A stretch of DNA of 64,000 nt from Thermodesulfobacteriota bacterium (GCA_965216785.1 OZ244197.1:1280001-1344000), one strand, 5' to 3'; counted from the first letter of the stretch, positions 29,420-39,960 are shown. Numbers and translations: made by a program. The notes: generated by a model from the sequence alone, not told the origin.

Positions 29420-30571
29420 CTAGTTTTTGATTAAATCCGCCGCCTTCTCTCTTGCCCATGTATCGCTTTGTATTACGGCTTCAAGTGTATCCGCCTTAGC
29501 TATTTTGTGAAGCTCCATAACCCTGTCCACTGTTTTTACTATATCAGTAAACCCGATCTTTCCTGTAAGGAAAGCCTCAACCGCCACCTCATTGGCTCCG
29601 TTCATTACTGAAGGCATTGTTCCGCCCTCTTCGAGTGCTCCGAACGCCAGAGCAAGGGACGGGAATTTTTTAAAATCCGCCTCCCTGAAGCTAAGCTCTG
29701 AAAAATCTCCCGGCCTGGCATCGTCTCTTCGCATGTCAGTCCTTTCTGGATACGAAAGCGCGTAAGAGATCGGAATCCTCATATCCGGTATACCCATCTG
29801 CGATATAATCGAACCGTCTATATATTCTACCATAGAGTGTACAATGCTCTGGGGATGTATCCAGACAGATATTTTCTCAGACCCTAAGCCAAAGAGCCAT
29901 TTTGCCTCTATTATTTCAAACCCCTTATTCATAAGTGTAGCTGAGTCTATAGTGATTTTCTTCCCCATCACCCAGGTAGGGTGGTTGAGCGCAACCTCGG
30001 GGGTGACGTTCGTGAGCTCCTCCTCCGGAGTGTCCAGAAAGGGCCCGCCCGAGGCCGTGAGTATCAGTCTCTTAACATCTTTTTTCTCTCCGCACTGAAG
30101 CGCTTGAAAGAGCGCGCTGTGCTCGCTGTCCACCGGCAGGATAGTGACGTTACTCGCCTTTGCCTCTCTGGTTATAATCTCCCCCGCGATCACCAGGGTC
30201 TCCTTGTTGGCAAGCGCAATATCCTTGCCTGCACGCACGGCGCTAATCGTGGGTTTTAGTCCTGAGGCTCCGACCATGGCCGACACTACAGTGTCCGCGT
30301 CCTCAATCGATGCCACTTGGGACGCCCCCTCATCTCCGTGCACAATCTCGGTCTCAGAGCTGTTCACCGCGGACTTAAGCGCGGAGGCAAGCCCCGGGTC
30401 TTTTACAGAAGCTACGGCGGGCTTGTATCTGAGTATCTGCTCCATAAGTAACTCCAGATTTTCCCCGCACGAAAGACCCACGACATTATACTTGTCGGGG
30501 TTGTCCGAAATTACTTCGAGGGTTTGTCTGCCGATTGAGCCGGTTGAGCCCAGAATGGAGATGTTTTTCAA
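29420..30571 (-). CDS. dxr: 1-deoxy-D-xylulose-5-phosphate reductoisomerase
   Basis: LGSTGSIG, LANKE, PVDSEHSA, TASGGPF. Confidence 0.97.
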   Translation of the reverse strand: MKNISILGSTGSIGRQTLEVISDNPDKYNVVGLSCGENLELLMEQILRYKPAVASVKDPGLASALKSAVNSSETEIVHGDEGASQVASIEDADTVVSAMVGASGLKPTISAVRAGKDIALANKETLVIAGEIITREAKASNVTILPVDSEHSALFQALQCGEKKDVKRLILTASGGPFLDTPEEELTNVTPEVALNHPTWVMGKKITIDSATLMNKGFEIIEAKWLFGLGSEKISVWIHPQSIVHSMVEYIDGSIISQMGIPDMRIPISYALSYPERTDMRRDDARPGDFSELSFREADFKKFPSLALAFGALEEGGTMPSVMNGANEVAVEAFLTGKIGFTDIVKTVDRVMELHKIAKADTLEAVIQSDTWAREKAADLIKN

Positions 30572-31320
30572 ATGACTTCCCTTTTTTGGACCTGCTCTCC
30601 GGTGAGGCCGAATCTGCGTTCGCGTCTTTGGTAATTGAGAATGGCTTTTATCAGGTGGCGTTTTCTGAAATTAGGCCAGAGAGTTTTTGTGACATAAATC
30701 TCCGTATACGCAAGCTGCCAGAGCATAAAATTTGATAGCCTCATCTCTCCGCTAGTACGTATCAGGAGGTCGGGCTCAGGGAGATCATCGGTGTATAGGT
30801 AGTTTGAGAAATTCGATTGATTTATTTTCTCAGGGGATATTTTGCCGTTTGAAGCGATTTTTTTTACGGCGTCCACTATTTCCTCTCTGCCCCCGTAGCT
30901 CAGAGCCAGGGTAAGCGTAAGGTCTTTGCAGTGGCGGGTTTTCTCCATAGTTTCTGTGAGAACTTCGTACACGTCCTCGGGAAGCTCCTGGAGCCTGCCA
31001 ATTGCGTTAAGCCTGACGTCGTTTTCCACCAGTCTTTCCCCCTCTTTTACTAGATACTGTTTAAGAAGCTCCATAAGAGCCTTTACTTCCTCTTTGGGTC
31101 TATTCCAGTTCTGAGCCGAAAACGCGTATAGAGTAACGTGCTTGATGCCCAAATCTCTTGCCCCTTTCATAACGGCACGCACCGATTTCATGCCTTCTTT
31201 ATGCCCGCTGATACGGTCAAGATTCTTCTTCTTGGCCCACCTGCCGTTGCCGTCCATTATGATGACCACGTGCTGGGGGAGTTTTTTAGGATCGACGTAC
31301 GATTCGAGTTTCCCTTTCAT
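30568..31320 (-). CDS. uppS: Undecaprenyl diphosphate synthase
   Basis: IMDGNGRWA, SYGGR, IRTSGEMRLSNF. Confidence 0.97.
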   Translation of the reverse strand: MKGKLESYVDPKKLPQHVVIIMDGNGRWAKKKNLDRISGHKEGMKSVRAVMKGARDLGIKHVTLYAFSAQNWNRPKEEVKALMELLKQYLVKEGERLVENDVRLNAIGRLQELPEDVYEVLTETMEKTRHCKDLTLTLALSYGGREEIVDAVKKIASNGKISPEKINQSNFSNYLYTDDLPEPDLLIRTSGEMRLSNFMLWQLAYTEIYVTKTLWPNFRKRHLIKAILNYQRRERRFGLTGEQVQKREVI

Positions 31321-31419
31321 CGAACTTGTAATTATAACACCTGAGCCATATTAACAAAGTAGGCACCGCTGGTGGAAAATCGCGAGTGATATATTTGAGA
31401 GGTATGAGCAAAAACAGAA

Positions 31420-31641
31420 CTATTTAAAGAACATATTTGAGATGAAGGAAATCGGCCGTGCTATAAAAATAACAATTAACAGCACGCCCGCAATTACAAA
31501 GAACGCGAGAAAGTAGATTAAAAGCGAGACAGGGATAAATACAATCTTATAGAGAATAAACCAGTCCTTTGAGACCTCGAGCACGACGGAGGTATAGCTT
31601 CCGATAAACCTGCTTATTACTGTGAATACCATATTCAGCAT
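31420..31641 (-). CDS. Small hypothetical membrane protein
   Basis: 73-aa hydrophobic ORF in an intergenic gap. Confidence 0.45.
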   Translation of the reverse strand: MLNMVFTVISRFIGSYTSVVLEVSKDWFILYKIVFIPVSLLIYFLAFFVIAGVLLIVIFIARPISFISNMFFK

Positions 31642-31824
31642 AGTGTCTTTTCCGATAAGTAAAATATATTATCCGTCCGATAAGATCAAGAAAGCGAAAA
31701 CTAAATACTACTAAATAATGATACTTTGACCCCCCCTTTTTTTTAATTTTTATATTGAAGTGTCCCCGGTTATATATGGGTGTTGGTGATATACTCATAA
31801 ATAATAATTAATAGGAGAATGATA

Positions 31825-31983
31825 ATGGACATAGATGAAAAAACCTATGCCGAGATAGCTAAAATGATTCATAGTGACGATAGTCCGGTTGGTATAGATG
31901 CCAAAAAGACCCATATCTACATTATTTACAAGCTTACTCAGATCGAAAAAAGGCTGGAAGCCTTGGAAAAGGAACAAAGTTAA
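31825..31983 (+). CDS. Small hypothetical protein (52 aa), below ORF-track cutoff
   Basis: AGGAG SD; MDIDEKTYAEIAKMIHSDDSPVGIDAKKTHIYIIYKLTQIEKRLEALEKEQS. Confidence 0.7.
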   Translation: MDIDEKTYAEIAKMIHSDDSPVGIDAKKTHIYIIYKLTQIEKRLEALEKEQS

Positions 31984-32104
31984 ATCTGGGCCGTTATTTG
32001 AAAGAGTTAACCATACTCAAAATAACTGCCATGAAAGACTGCGGCGGCAAAGCGAGATTTAAATGGGACAAATGGCAATTGACCGCTAAAGAAAATTAAA
32101 AAAT

Positions 32105-32127
32105 AAGGAGCTTCGGTTCCCTTTTTT
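32105..32127 (+). terminator. Terminator of the IPTL-associated family (no IPTL gene attached)
   Basis: AAGGAGCTTCGGTTCCCTTTTTT. Confidence 0.65.
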
Positions 32128-32233
32128 CTTTCATCAATCTTTAGACCCACTCAGGGCTAAACATATTATTAATACGAAAAATTATATTTGCGAGCTTAAG
32201 CATGTTTAGTTACCCTGTTCATAGGAGCTAAAT

Positions 32234-33376
32234 ATGAAAAGACTCGTTTTAATACTTGCTATTTTTCTTGTTTTAAGCGCCGGTGCGCGTGCGGACGAAG
32301 CCGTATATCAGGGACTTTCCAACTTTACCAGAGTGCTTGATCTGATAGAGCGCAATTACGTGGAAGAAGTAGACTCAGAGCAGCTTACAGAGAGCGCTAT
32401 AGAAGGAATGCTGAGAACGCTGGACCCCTATTCCGCATACCTTACTCCTGAGCGTTTCAGGGAGCTTGAGATCGGTACAACCGGAGAGTTCGGCGGTGTG
32501 GGGATGGAGGTTACAGTCGAAGACGGGGTGCTCACGGTAATTACGCCTATAGAAGGCACGCCCGCGGAAAGGGCCGGAATTAAGCCAAGGGACCAGATCT
32601 TAGAGGTAGACGGTAAGCCCACAAAGGGTTTGGTCGTGCAGGAAGTAGTAAAACTCTTAAGAGGCCCCAGAGGGAGCACGGTAAATGTAACGGTTAAGAG
32701 TGAGGGCGATAAAGAGCCCCGTGTGGTAACTCTTACAAGAGACAAAATAATAGTTAAGAGCGTTAAACCCGAGCTTTTACCGGACGGGATCGCTTATATA
32801 AAGCTTTCACAGTTTCAGGATAATACTTCACTTGAGCTTAAGCAGGCTCTCACAAAGCTTGAATCCAATAACAGAGGCAACTTAAAGGGTATCGTACTTG
32901 ACCTTAGGAATAACCCGGGCGGGCTTCTCAGCGAAGCCATACAGGTGGTGGACGAGTTCGTCGATGACGGCCTTATCGTAAGCGTCAAAGGCCGCTATGA
33001 GGGGCAGTCAAGAGAACACTACGCGACAAAGAACGGGGATTATGAGGAGCAGCCAATAGTAGTGATTGTAAACGACGGCAGCGCAAGCGCGTCAGAAGTT
33101 GTAGCGGAAGCGCTCCAGGATTCAAAGAGAGCCACCATACTGGGCACTACCACTTTCGGCAAAGGATCGGTCCAGACCATAATCAAGCTCGAGGACGGTG
33201 CGGGTCTTAAGCTTACGACGGCTAAGTTTTACGCTCCGAGCGGAAGATCGATAAGCGAAGTAGGCGTAACTCCGGACATAGTTGTAGAGAACGAAGAAGA
33301 CGCGGACAAACAGCTCGAAAGCGCAGTGAAAATCATAAAGACCTCTAAAGCCCCGGGCGGCGTTCCCAAAGGCTAG
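32234..33376 (+). CDS. ctpA: S41 carboxy-terminal processing protease
   Basis: LDPYS, PDZ, DLRNNPGG, SASASE, TFGKGSVQ. Confidence 0.93.
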   Translation: MKRLVLILAIFLVLSAGARADEAVYQGLSNFTRVLDLIERNYVEEVDSEQLTESAIEGMLRTLDPYSAYLTPERFRELEIGTTGEFGGVGMEVTVEDGVLTVITPIEGTPAERAGIKPRDQILEVDGKPTKGLVVQEVVKLLRGPRGSTVNVTVKSEGDKEPRVVTLTRDKIIVKSVKPELLPDGIAYIKLSQFQDNTSLELKQALTKLESNNRGNLKGIVLDLRNNPGGLLSEAIQVVDEFVDDGLIVSVKGRYEGQSREHYATKNGDYEEQPIVVIVNDGSASASEVVAEALQDSKRATILGTTTFGKGSVQTIIKLEDGAGLKLTTAKFYAPSGRSISEVGVTPDIVVENEEDADKQLESAVKIIKTSKAPGGVPKG

Positions 33377-33390
33377 GGAGATTCCTTTTT

Positions 33391-34713
33391 TTGCCGACTA
33401 AAAAAAATACGAGCAGGAAACCCAGAAGAACGAGAAGAAAAAAAAGCGCGAAGCTGACGCGGATTGCCCTATTCACCCTTGGGTTTTTACTCGTATTATT
33501 CATAGGCGTATACGGTTTATATCTGGCTAAAGACAAGGCTTCAGGTCCCGGCATTTCTCAATCCGAGCTTAATGACTCTATAGAGAGCACAGACTCCGAT
33601 TTGAGAGGAGCCTATTTCGATATGGGCATTTCCTCTGAGCACGTACTCTCTGAGAGAGCTCAGAATAAATCCCGGGACAATTTATATTGGGAATTCAAAG
33701 AAATAGTAATCCAAGCCCCACAGAAGCTTTCTCAAAAAGAGGTTAAAGAGACTATGAAAAAGTCCTTCTCAACTGTAGCGGGTCTGGATAGCGAGTTTAA
33801 GGAGCGCAAGGACTCAATCACCGCTTTACTAACTATAAACGGCCTGGAAACACACAGAATAAAGTTTAATTTCAAGCCGCCTGCGGACACTCAAAAGATT
33901 GTAAAAAAACAATCTGAAGAAACCGCTGAGGAAACTAAGAAGCTGCAAGATCGGGACAAGAAATCCGCGAAGCTACAAGAGCATATTCAGGAGTATAAGC
34001 AGTCCGCATCCGTTAAACCAAAAGTAGTGATTATAGTAGACGACATAGGTATGAGTAAATCCTCCATAGACAAGCTCCTTCAGATACAAGCGCCCCTTAC
34101 CCTTGCCGTCCTCCCGAATCTGCCTTATTCGGAATATGCCGCAAATGAGGCCCATAAAAAAGGCAGGGAGGTTATGCTTCACCTTCCTATGGAGCCTAAG
34201 GAGACATCGGGATATACGGCTGTTGACGCGGGCGAGGACGCCCTTATCGTCGGACTGCCTAAGTCTGAGATACAAAGGAGGATCGATAAAAATCTATCCT
34301 CAATCCCCCATATTCAAGGGGTCAATAACCACATGGGCTCAAAATTTATGGAAAGCGGGGAGCTTCTTGAGCTTGTGATGAGGGAGATTAAGGCTAAGGA
34401 CCTGTTTTTTGTGGATAGCATGACCTCGGGCGCGAGCATGGGCTCTGAGGCAGCTTCTAAATTCGGCGTACGCTCAGCGGAAAGGGACGTGTTCTTGGAC
34501 GACGCATCAAAGGGCTCATCCTATGTTAAGTCACAGCTCAGACACCTGATAAAGGTGTCTCAGAAAAAAGGTTACGCAATTGGAATATGCCACCCATATC
34601 CGGACACGGTTAAAGCCCTTTCCGAGATGCTGCCCAGGATGCAGGAAGAGGTAGAGATAGCTTCTGTGTCTACTCTCCTTGACCACTCGCTTCAAATAGG
34701 AAAAAATAACTAG
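33391..34713 (+). CDS. Divergent polysaccharide deacetylase (YibQ-like)
   Basis: IVDDIG, LHLPMEP, GVNNHMGS, DVFLD, IGICHP. Confidence 0.9.
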   Translation: MPTKKNTSRKPRRTRRKKSAKLTRIALFTLGFLLVLFIGVYGLYLAKDKASGPGISQSELNDSIESTDSDLRGAYFDMGISSEHVLSERAQNKSRDNLYWEFKEIVIQAPQKLSQKEVKETMKKSFSTVAGLDSEFKERKDSITALLTINGLETHRIKFNFKPPADTQKIVKKQSEETAEETKKLQDRDKKSAKLQEHIQEYKQSASVKPKVVIIVDDIGMSKSSIDKLLQIQAPLTLAVLPNLPYSEYAANEAHKKGREVMLHLPMEPKETSGYTAVDAGEDALIVGLPKSEIQRRIDKNLSSIPHIQGVNNHMGSKFMESGELLELVMREIKAKDLFFVDSMTSGASMGSEAASKFGVRSAERDVFLDDASKGSSYVKSQLRHLIKVSQKKGYAIGICHPYPDTVKALSEMLPRMQEEVEIASVSTLLDHSLQIGKNN

Positions 34714-34764
34714 CGATTTCGATTGCGTAATTAGCATGTATAATATTCTAAGGAGTTTGTTAAT

Positions 34765-34938
34765 ATGGGTCTTATAGACGATACGAGAAAAAGAAGGGAT
34801 TCCTGGATTACGCGTTTTGAAGAGATGCGTCAGGAAGAAGAATATGAGCCTGATAAAAGGAGCGCTGAGGAAGTGGAAAAGGAAATCCGGGAAAACTGCA
34901 GCAAGGTTGGAGTGTTTCCTAAAGTTGACAACAATTAG
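34765..34938 (+). CDS. Small hypothetical protein (57 aa)
   Basis: AAGGAG SD; MGLIDDTRKRRDSWITRFEEMRQEEEYEP... Confidence 0.55.
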   Translation: MGLIDDTRKRRDSWITRFEEMRQEEEYEPDKRSAEEVEKEIRENCSKVGVFPKVDNN

Positions 34939-35068
34939 TTAAATACTATTGATTATATTGTTCCGGGACGGATGCGGTACTTGACAAGTAGGCAGCTTTA
35001 CATTAATTTTTCATAGCGCGATTCTAGAATGTCCCGCGATCAAAAATATAGCTGGAGGGGTATTATTT

Positions 35069-35260
35069 ATGCCAGGAATTGTGGTCGGAAATAACGAAAG
35101 CATCGACAGCGCCCTTAAAAGATTTAAAAAACAGGTTGAAAAGGGTGGTGTGCTGTCAGAAGTAAGAAGAAGGGAATACTACGAAAAGCCGAGCGAGAAG
35201 AAAAAGAAGAAGCTTTTCGCAGCTAAAAAACGTGTTATTAAGCGCACGAGAAGGAACTAA
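35069..35260 (+). CDS. rpsU: 30S ribosomal protein S21
   Basis: ALKRFKK...[10 protein letters not shown]. Confidence 0.97.
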   Translation: MPGIVVGNNESIDSALKRFKKQVEKGGVLSEVRRREYYEKPSEKKKKKLFAAKKRVIKRTRRN

Positions 35261-35393
35261 TAACTAATCTTCAGTGTAAAGATACAATACCGGAAGGGGG
35301 ACACCGAATTGTATTTATTTAGAAGTCAAATTGAATCTTTAAGCCATTCCTATACAAATCCGAATAGAACTATACAACCGCAATCATTTATAG

Positions 35394-37130
35394 ATGGACA
35401 CTTTTAACAATGATGTAATTGTTAAAGAAATAAAAGGGAGGTTGAGTATTATTAACCTCATAGAGAGTTACACATCTGTAAAAAAATCAGGCCGGGGTTT
35501 TGTGGGATTATGCCCTTTTCACGATGACAAAAACCCGTCCATGCACATAGATGAGGACAAGGGCCTGTTCCATTGCTTCAGCTGTGGGGCGGGCGGCGAT
35601 ATATTCGGATTTTATATGCGCTACAATAATCTCTCATTCCCTGAAGCTTTAACGGAGCTTGCAAAAAAGGCTAATGTTGAGATCTCAAAAACCCCCGTTA
35701 AACCAAAAGTCAGTTCCCGTCTCGGATCCCTGTATAAGTTAAATCAAGCAGTGCTCAGATTTTATCAGAAAACTTTGGCCCTTAAGGAAAAGGGTAAGGC
35801 GGCCAGAGAGTATCTGAAGAAAAGAAGTATGCCCGAGGAGCTAATAGATGAGTTTTCGCTCGGCTATGCTCCTTCTGAATGGGACGCTCTGGCTAAGTTC
35901 TTGGCTAAGAATAACATTCCGCTCAATCTGGCGGAAAGGGTTGGACTCATTGTAAAGCGCAAACAGGGGGATGGGTATTACGACAGGTTCAGGGACAGGA
36001 TAATGTTCCCGATAAAGGACCTTGAGGGAAAAGTGATTGGCTTTGGGGGCAGAGTGATAAAAGAGGATGAGCAGCCAAAGTATATGAACTCTCCCGAGTC
36101 TCCCGTTTACAGCAAGCGTAGAAGCTTCTACGGGGTAGATAAATCAAGGGATTACATAAGGCGGGAAGGCAGAGCCGTATTGGTAGAGGGCTACACCGAT
36201 TTTCTGGCGCTGTACGCTTCGGGCATTAAGAACGCAGTCGCAACGCTCGGCACTTCACTTACGCACGACCACGGAGTAATTCTCAGGCGATACACAGAAA
36301 ATGTGGTTGTCCTGTTTGATAGTGACGAGTCTGGAATCAAAGCGTCTCTCCGATCACTAGATGTACTATTAGAGGAGGGGCTAATGCCGCATGTAGCGCC
36401 GCTTCCTTCCGGAGAGGATCCGGATTCCTTTATTAAAAAACACGGGGTAGAAAAGTTCAGAGAGCTTATCGAAAACTCAGAGAGCTGGATTGATTTCTTC
36501 ATAGACAGAACGCTAAACCGCTACCGTGAAGGCTCTCTAACCATGAACCAGCTTGTAAAAGAAGTGTCCGAATTATTAATAAAAGTGCAAAACCCCGTAG
36601 AGAGGAGCCTCAATATTAAAAAGGCCTCTGAAAAACTGGGTATTAGAGAAAACGAAATACTTTCATATGTAAAACACGGAAAGGGCAGAGGACGAGAAGG
36701 GGGCGGTAAAACCGCTTCTTACTCAAGCCACGAGAAGCTTTTACTCACCGTGCTTCTCAAGTTCCCTGAGCTATCGAGCATGATCGCAGATAAGAATTGG
36801 CAGGAATTTATAGAGAATCCTGAAGTTAAGTCAATTTTAGAGCAAGTAGTTTCGGGTGGAGCGCACGATGTCTCAAATCTTCTGGTACATTTTAATAACC
36901 TCCCTGAGCAGGATTTGATATCGGAGTTTGTCCTCTCTTCGGATGGGATTACAGACGCCGATACTGCGGGAAACATGCTTGAGAGCTGTGTTCGAAAGTT
37001 AAAAGCCGGCAAGCGCGACTCCAGATTAAAAGCGCTCAGGTTAGAGATTGACAAAGCTGTAAAAGATAAAGATCAACAAGCTGAGAAAAGATTGATCAAA
37101 GAGTATTCTGACTTGAGGAAGCAAAAATAA
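35394..37130 (+). CDS. dnaG: DNA primase
   Basis: CPFHDDKNPS...CFSC zinc finger, KYMNSPE, VEGYTD, TOPRIM. Confidence 0.97.
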   Translation: MDTFNNDVIVKEIKGRLSIINLIESYTSVKKSGRGFVGLCPFHDDKNPSMHIDEDKGLFHCFSCGAGGDIFGFYMRYNNLSFPEALTELAKKANVEISKTPVKPKVSSRLGSLYKLNQAVLRFYQKTLALKEKGKAAREYLKKRSMPEELIDEFSLGYAPSEWDALAKFLAKNNIPLNLAERVGLIVKRKQGDGYYDRFRDRIMFPIKDLEGKVIGFGGRVIKEDEQPKYMNSPESPVYSKRRSFYGVDKSRDYIRREGRAVLVEGYTDFLALYASGIKNAVATLGTSLTHDHGVILRRYTENVVVLFDSDESGIKASLRSLDVLLEEGLMPHVAPLPSGEDPDSFIKKHGVEKFRELIENSESWIDFFIDRTLNRYREGSLTMNQLVKEVSELLIKVQNPVERSLNIKKASEKLGIRENEILSYVKHGKGRGREGGGKTASYSSHEKLLLTVLLKFPELSSMIADKNWQEFIENPEVKSILEQVVSGGAHDVSNLLVHFNNLPEQDLISEFVLSSDGITDADTAGNMLESCVRKLKAGKRDSRLKALRLEIDKAVKDKDQQAEKRLIKEYSDLRKQK

Positions 37131-37146
37131 TATTTAAGGAGCGTAA

Positions 37147-38757
37147 ATGAGTAAGAAGAAAAAGACCGGATCCAAGCCCAAAGCTTCCAAGAAGAAGCTT
37201 GCAGACTCCATAATAGAGCTGTCTCAAGAAAGCGATGTAGACGGCGAAGATGATTTCCTTAAGGAAGGTGAGGCTCAGCAGCTCGAAACCTCCAGGGAGG
37301 AAAACGGTGGTGAGTCTGAGAGCAAAGGGTCCAGCACTGGTTATGTCTTCAATCTCGGTAACGCTCAAAATAACGTTAACGAATATGATTTGATAAGATT
37401 TTATCTTCATGAGATAGCCGACCATTCCCTTCTGTCCCGTGAGCAGGAAATTCATATAGCAAAGGAAATAGAGACCGGCAAAAGAATAATCGCCAAATCG
37501 ATACTGAGCTCATCGCTTATGCTAAAAGAGATATTCGAGCTAGGTGAAGAGCTTCGAAACGGCAGCCTGAATGTGCGAGATATAACGAACCTTCTGGACG
37601 AGTCCGACAACATATTGGAAGAAGAGGTACAAATTGGAATAAATAATTCGATAAACGCGATTAACGAGCTGCACAAAGACAATGAGGTTACCAAAAAAGA
37701 GATTGAGAAAGCTTCCGCAAGAAAGAAGAAAACCCTACAACAAAAGGTCAAGCGCAATAAAACCAAGATGGTCGAGTATTTGGAGGAAATAAATTTAAAC
37801 GGCTCTCAGATCGAGAGAATACTCTCAGCGGCTCAGGGTTACGTTGACCGGCTCGAAAAACTGAGAAAAGAATTCAATGATATCAAGATCAAAGGTACTT
37901 CGAAAGTAACTAAGACGAAAAAAGATATTAGGAAACGAATGGGCGAGTTCTTAGAAGAAGCGGAGGTGAACACCGGAAAGCTCAAGAAGTCGCTAAAGAG
38001 AATTGAGCTCGGTGAGCAAGTTACATATCAAGCCCGCAGAAAACTCATCGAATCGAATCTCCGTCTAGTGGTAAGTATTGCCAGACGTTACATAAACCGA
38101 GGTCTCCCTTTCCTGGACCTGATTCAGGAGGGCAACATGGGGCTCATGAGGGCGGTAGAGAAGTTCGAATATAACAGGGGTTATAAGTTTTCAACCTATG
38201 CCACTTGGTGGATCCGCCAGGCTATCACTAGAGCGCTTGCGGACCAGTCTAGGATTATCAGGATTCCGGTGCATATGACCGAGACCATAAACAGAATTGT
38301 AAGGACTTCAAGACTGTTGGTGCAGGAGCTGGGGCGCGAGCCTCAGCCAGAGGAGATCGCAGAGAGGGTGGGGCTACCGGTAGATAAAGTCGCACGCGTG
38401 CTTAAGATATCAAAAGACCCGATCTCCCTTGAGACTCCGATAGGGGATGAAGAGGACAGTAAGCTCGTAGACCTGATCGAGGACGCGAACACCACTTCGC
38501 CCTCCAAGATCCTTGAGATGAGTGAGTTAAAAGAGATCATAAACAGCGCTCTCTCCTCAGTACTCAATACGAGGGAGGAGAGCATTGTGAGGCTCCGTTT
38601 CGGTATTGACGATGAAAAGGAACATACGCTTGAAGAGGTGGGACAGGAGTTTCAGGTAACTCGCGAGAGGATAAGGCAGATAGAGGTAAAAGCCATCAAA
38701 AAGCTAAAGCGCGCTGGCCGTGTGTATCCCTTTAAGAGCTATGTCGAGAAGACGTAA
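37147..38757 (+). CDS. rpoD: Primary RNA polymerase sigma factor
   Basis: [39 protein letters not shown]; in rpsU-dnaG operon. Confidence 0.95.
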   Translation: MSKKKKTGSKPKASKKKLADSIIELSQESDVDGEDDFLKEGEAQQLETSREENGGESESKGSSTGYVFNLGNAQNNVNEYDLIRFYLHEIADHSLLSREQEIHIAKEIETGKRIIAKSILSSSLMLKEIFELGEELRNGSLNVRDITNLLDESDNILEEEVQIGINNSINAINELHKDNEVTKKEIEKASARKKKTLQQKVKRNKTKMVEYLEEINLNGSQIERILSAAQGYVDRLEKLRKEFNDIKIKGTSKVTKTKKDIRKRMGEFLEEAEVNTGKLKKSLKRIELGEQVTYQARRKLIESNLRLVVSIARRYINRGLPFLDLIQEGNMGLMRAVEKFEYNRGYKFSTYATWWIRQAITRALADQSRIIRIPVHMTETINRIVRTSRLLVQELGREPQPEEIAERVGLPVDKVARVLKISKDPISLETPIGDEEDSKLVDLIEDANTTSPSKILEMSELKEIINSALSSVLNTREESIVRLRFGIDDEKEHTLEEVGQEFQVTRERIRQIEVKAIKKLKRAGRVYPFKSYVEKT

Positions 38758-38853
38758 GCACAGGGCTTAGGGCAGTTAGGGGCAGGGGGATGGCAACATA
38801 GCATGCCCTGATTTATTTGCAGCACTATTACGTTACATCAAGAGAGCTTCTTC

Positions 38854-39723
38854 TTACTTTTTCTTAAATTTTCTCTTACTCTCTTTAGCTTCCTCAAAAT
38901 AAACAAGCGCGGACGCAGTGGTTTTGAGCCGTAGCATCTCCTTTACTTCCGAGACGCTCGCGCCCCCTTCTATGGCGAGTATTGCCGCAGTGTGCCTCAG
39001 GCTATAAGGGGTAATGCCTTCTCTTTTAATTCCCGCAATCTCAAAGTAGTGGTTGACCCGGGCCCTGATTCCACGGGTTGTGACTCTCAGGTTTTTGGCC
39101 CTGTTTCCTATACCCCAGAATAATGGTTCTTCAGCATCAGAGTCTGCGCGCTCGGACAAATATTTGTTCAGAGCCGCCGCGACTTCAGGGCCGAGCGCTA
39201 CGTATTCATCTTTTTTATCTTTGCTCTTGCCCTGTACGTATATCACGGTTTTTCCGCCCCTTCGTTTTACATCCTCTAAGTTTGCCCTTATTATCTCAAT
39301 CTCGCTCAGCCCAGAGCGGACCATCAGGTTCAGCATGGCGCTGTCCCTGACCCCTATGTCAGAGGACAAATCTATTGCGCTGAAAAGTTTATGGACCTCA
39401 AGCTCGGTTAACGGCTTGGTCAGGTGTCTCTTGGGCCTTGAGCTCCCCTTTATTTTTTTAGCCGGATTCTCCGATACTTTCCCATTATTAAGAAGGTGCT
39501 CGTATAATCTCCTTACCGCAGTGAGGTAAGCAGACATGGAAGTGGGCGAGAGGTTCTTTGAAATAATGAAATCCTTGTACCTCTCAATGTCCTTTGAGGT
39601 GAGGCCCACTGGGGATGTGCCACCGAGCCATTTGGAAAATTCTCTTAATGCTTTTCTGTACGTCTCCTTTGTTGTCTCGCGCCTGTTTAGGGAGTCGATG
39701 AAGTCGTCTATGTAATCTGCCAT
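38854..39723 (-). CDS. Xer-like tyrosine recombinase homolog with degenerate active site
   Basis: Core-binding N domain + catalytic fold; SGLSEIE, YSLRH, MLRL replace TGLR, HxLRH, LGH. Confidence 0.8.
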   Translation of the reverse strand: MADYIDDFIDSLNRRETTKETYRKALREFSKWLGGTSPVGLTSKDIERYKDFIISKNLSPTSMSAYLTAVRRLYEHLLNNGKVSENPAKKIKGSSRPKRHLTKPLTELEVHKLFSAIDLSSDIGVRDSAMLNLMVRSGLSEIEIIRANLEDVKRRGGKTVIYVQGKSKDKKDEYVALGPEVAAALNKYLSERADSDAEEPLFWGIGNRAKNLRVTTRGIRARVNHYFEIAGIKREGITPYSLRHTAAILAIEGGASVSEVKEMLRLKTTASALVYFEEAKESKRKFKKK

Positions 39724-39808
39724 TAAGGAGAATTAAAGCATTATTGGGGTCTTTTTTCAAACCTAGAGGCAATAAAGCATGGCAATAAATGTTTTTTCCT
39801 GAAAAGTC

Positions 39809-39836
39809 TTGACATGGTATTGAAGCACTGTAATAT
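39809..39836 (+). promoter_or_regulatory. Sigma70 promoter of the orphan 5S rRNA
   Basis: TTGACA-16 nt-TAATAT ending 6 nt before the 5S start. Confidence 0.75.
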
Positions 39837-39842
39837 ATAAAG

Positions 39843-39960
39843 CCTGGGTGGCAATGCTGAAGAGGTCACACCCGGTCCCATATCGAACCCGGAAGTTAAG
39901 CTCTTCGAGGCCGATGATACTGCTCTTGTACAGGAGTGGGAAAGTAGGAAGCTGCCCCGA
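39843..39960 (+). rRNA. rrf: 5S rRNA (standalone)
   Basis: CACCCGGTCCCATATCGAACCCGGAAGTTAAGC...GCCGATGATACT...GGGAAAGTAGG...GCTGCC; ~118 nt. Confidence 0.95.

Noticed and set aside
29420-31320. Absence of cdsA between uppS and dxr
   Set aside because: Simple operon rearrangement; the gene may lie elsewhere and this cannot be judged from the window.
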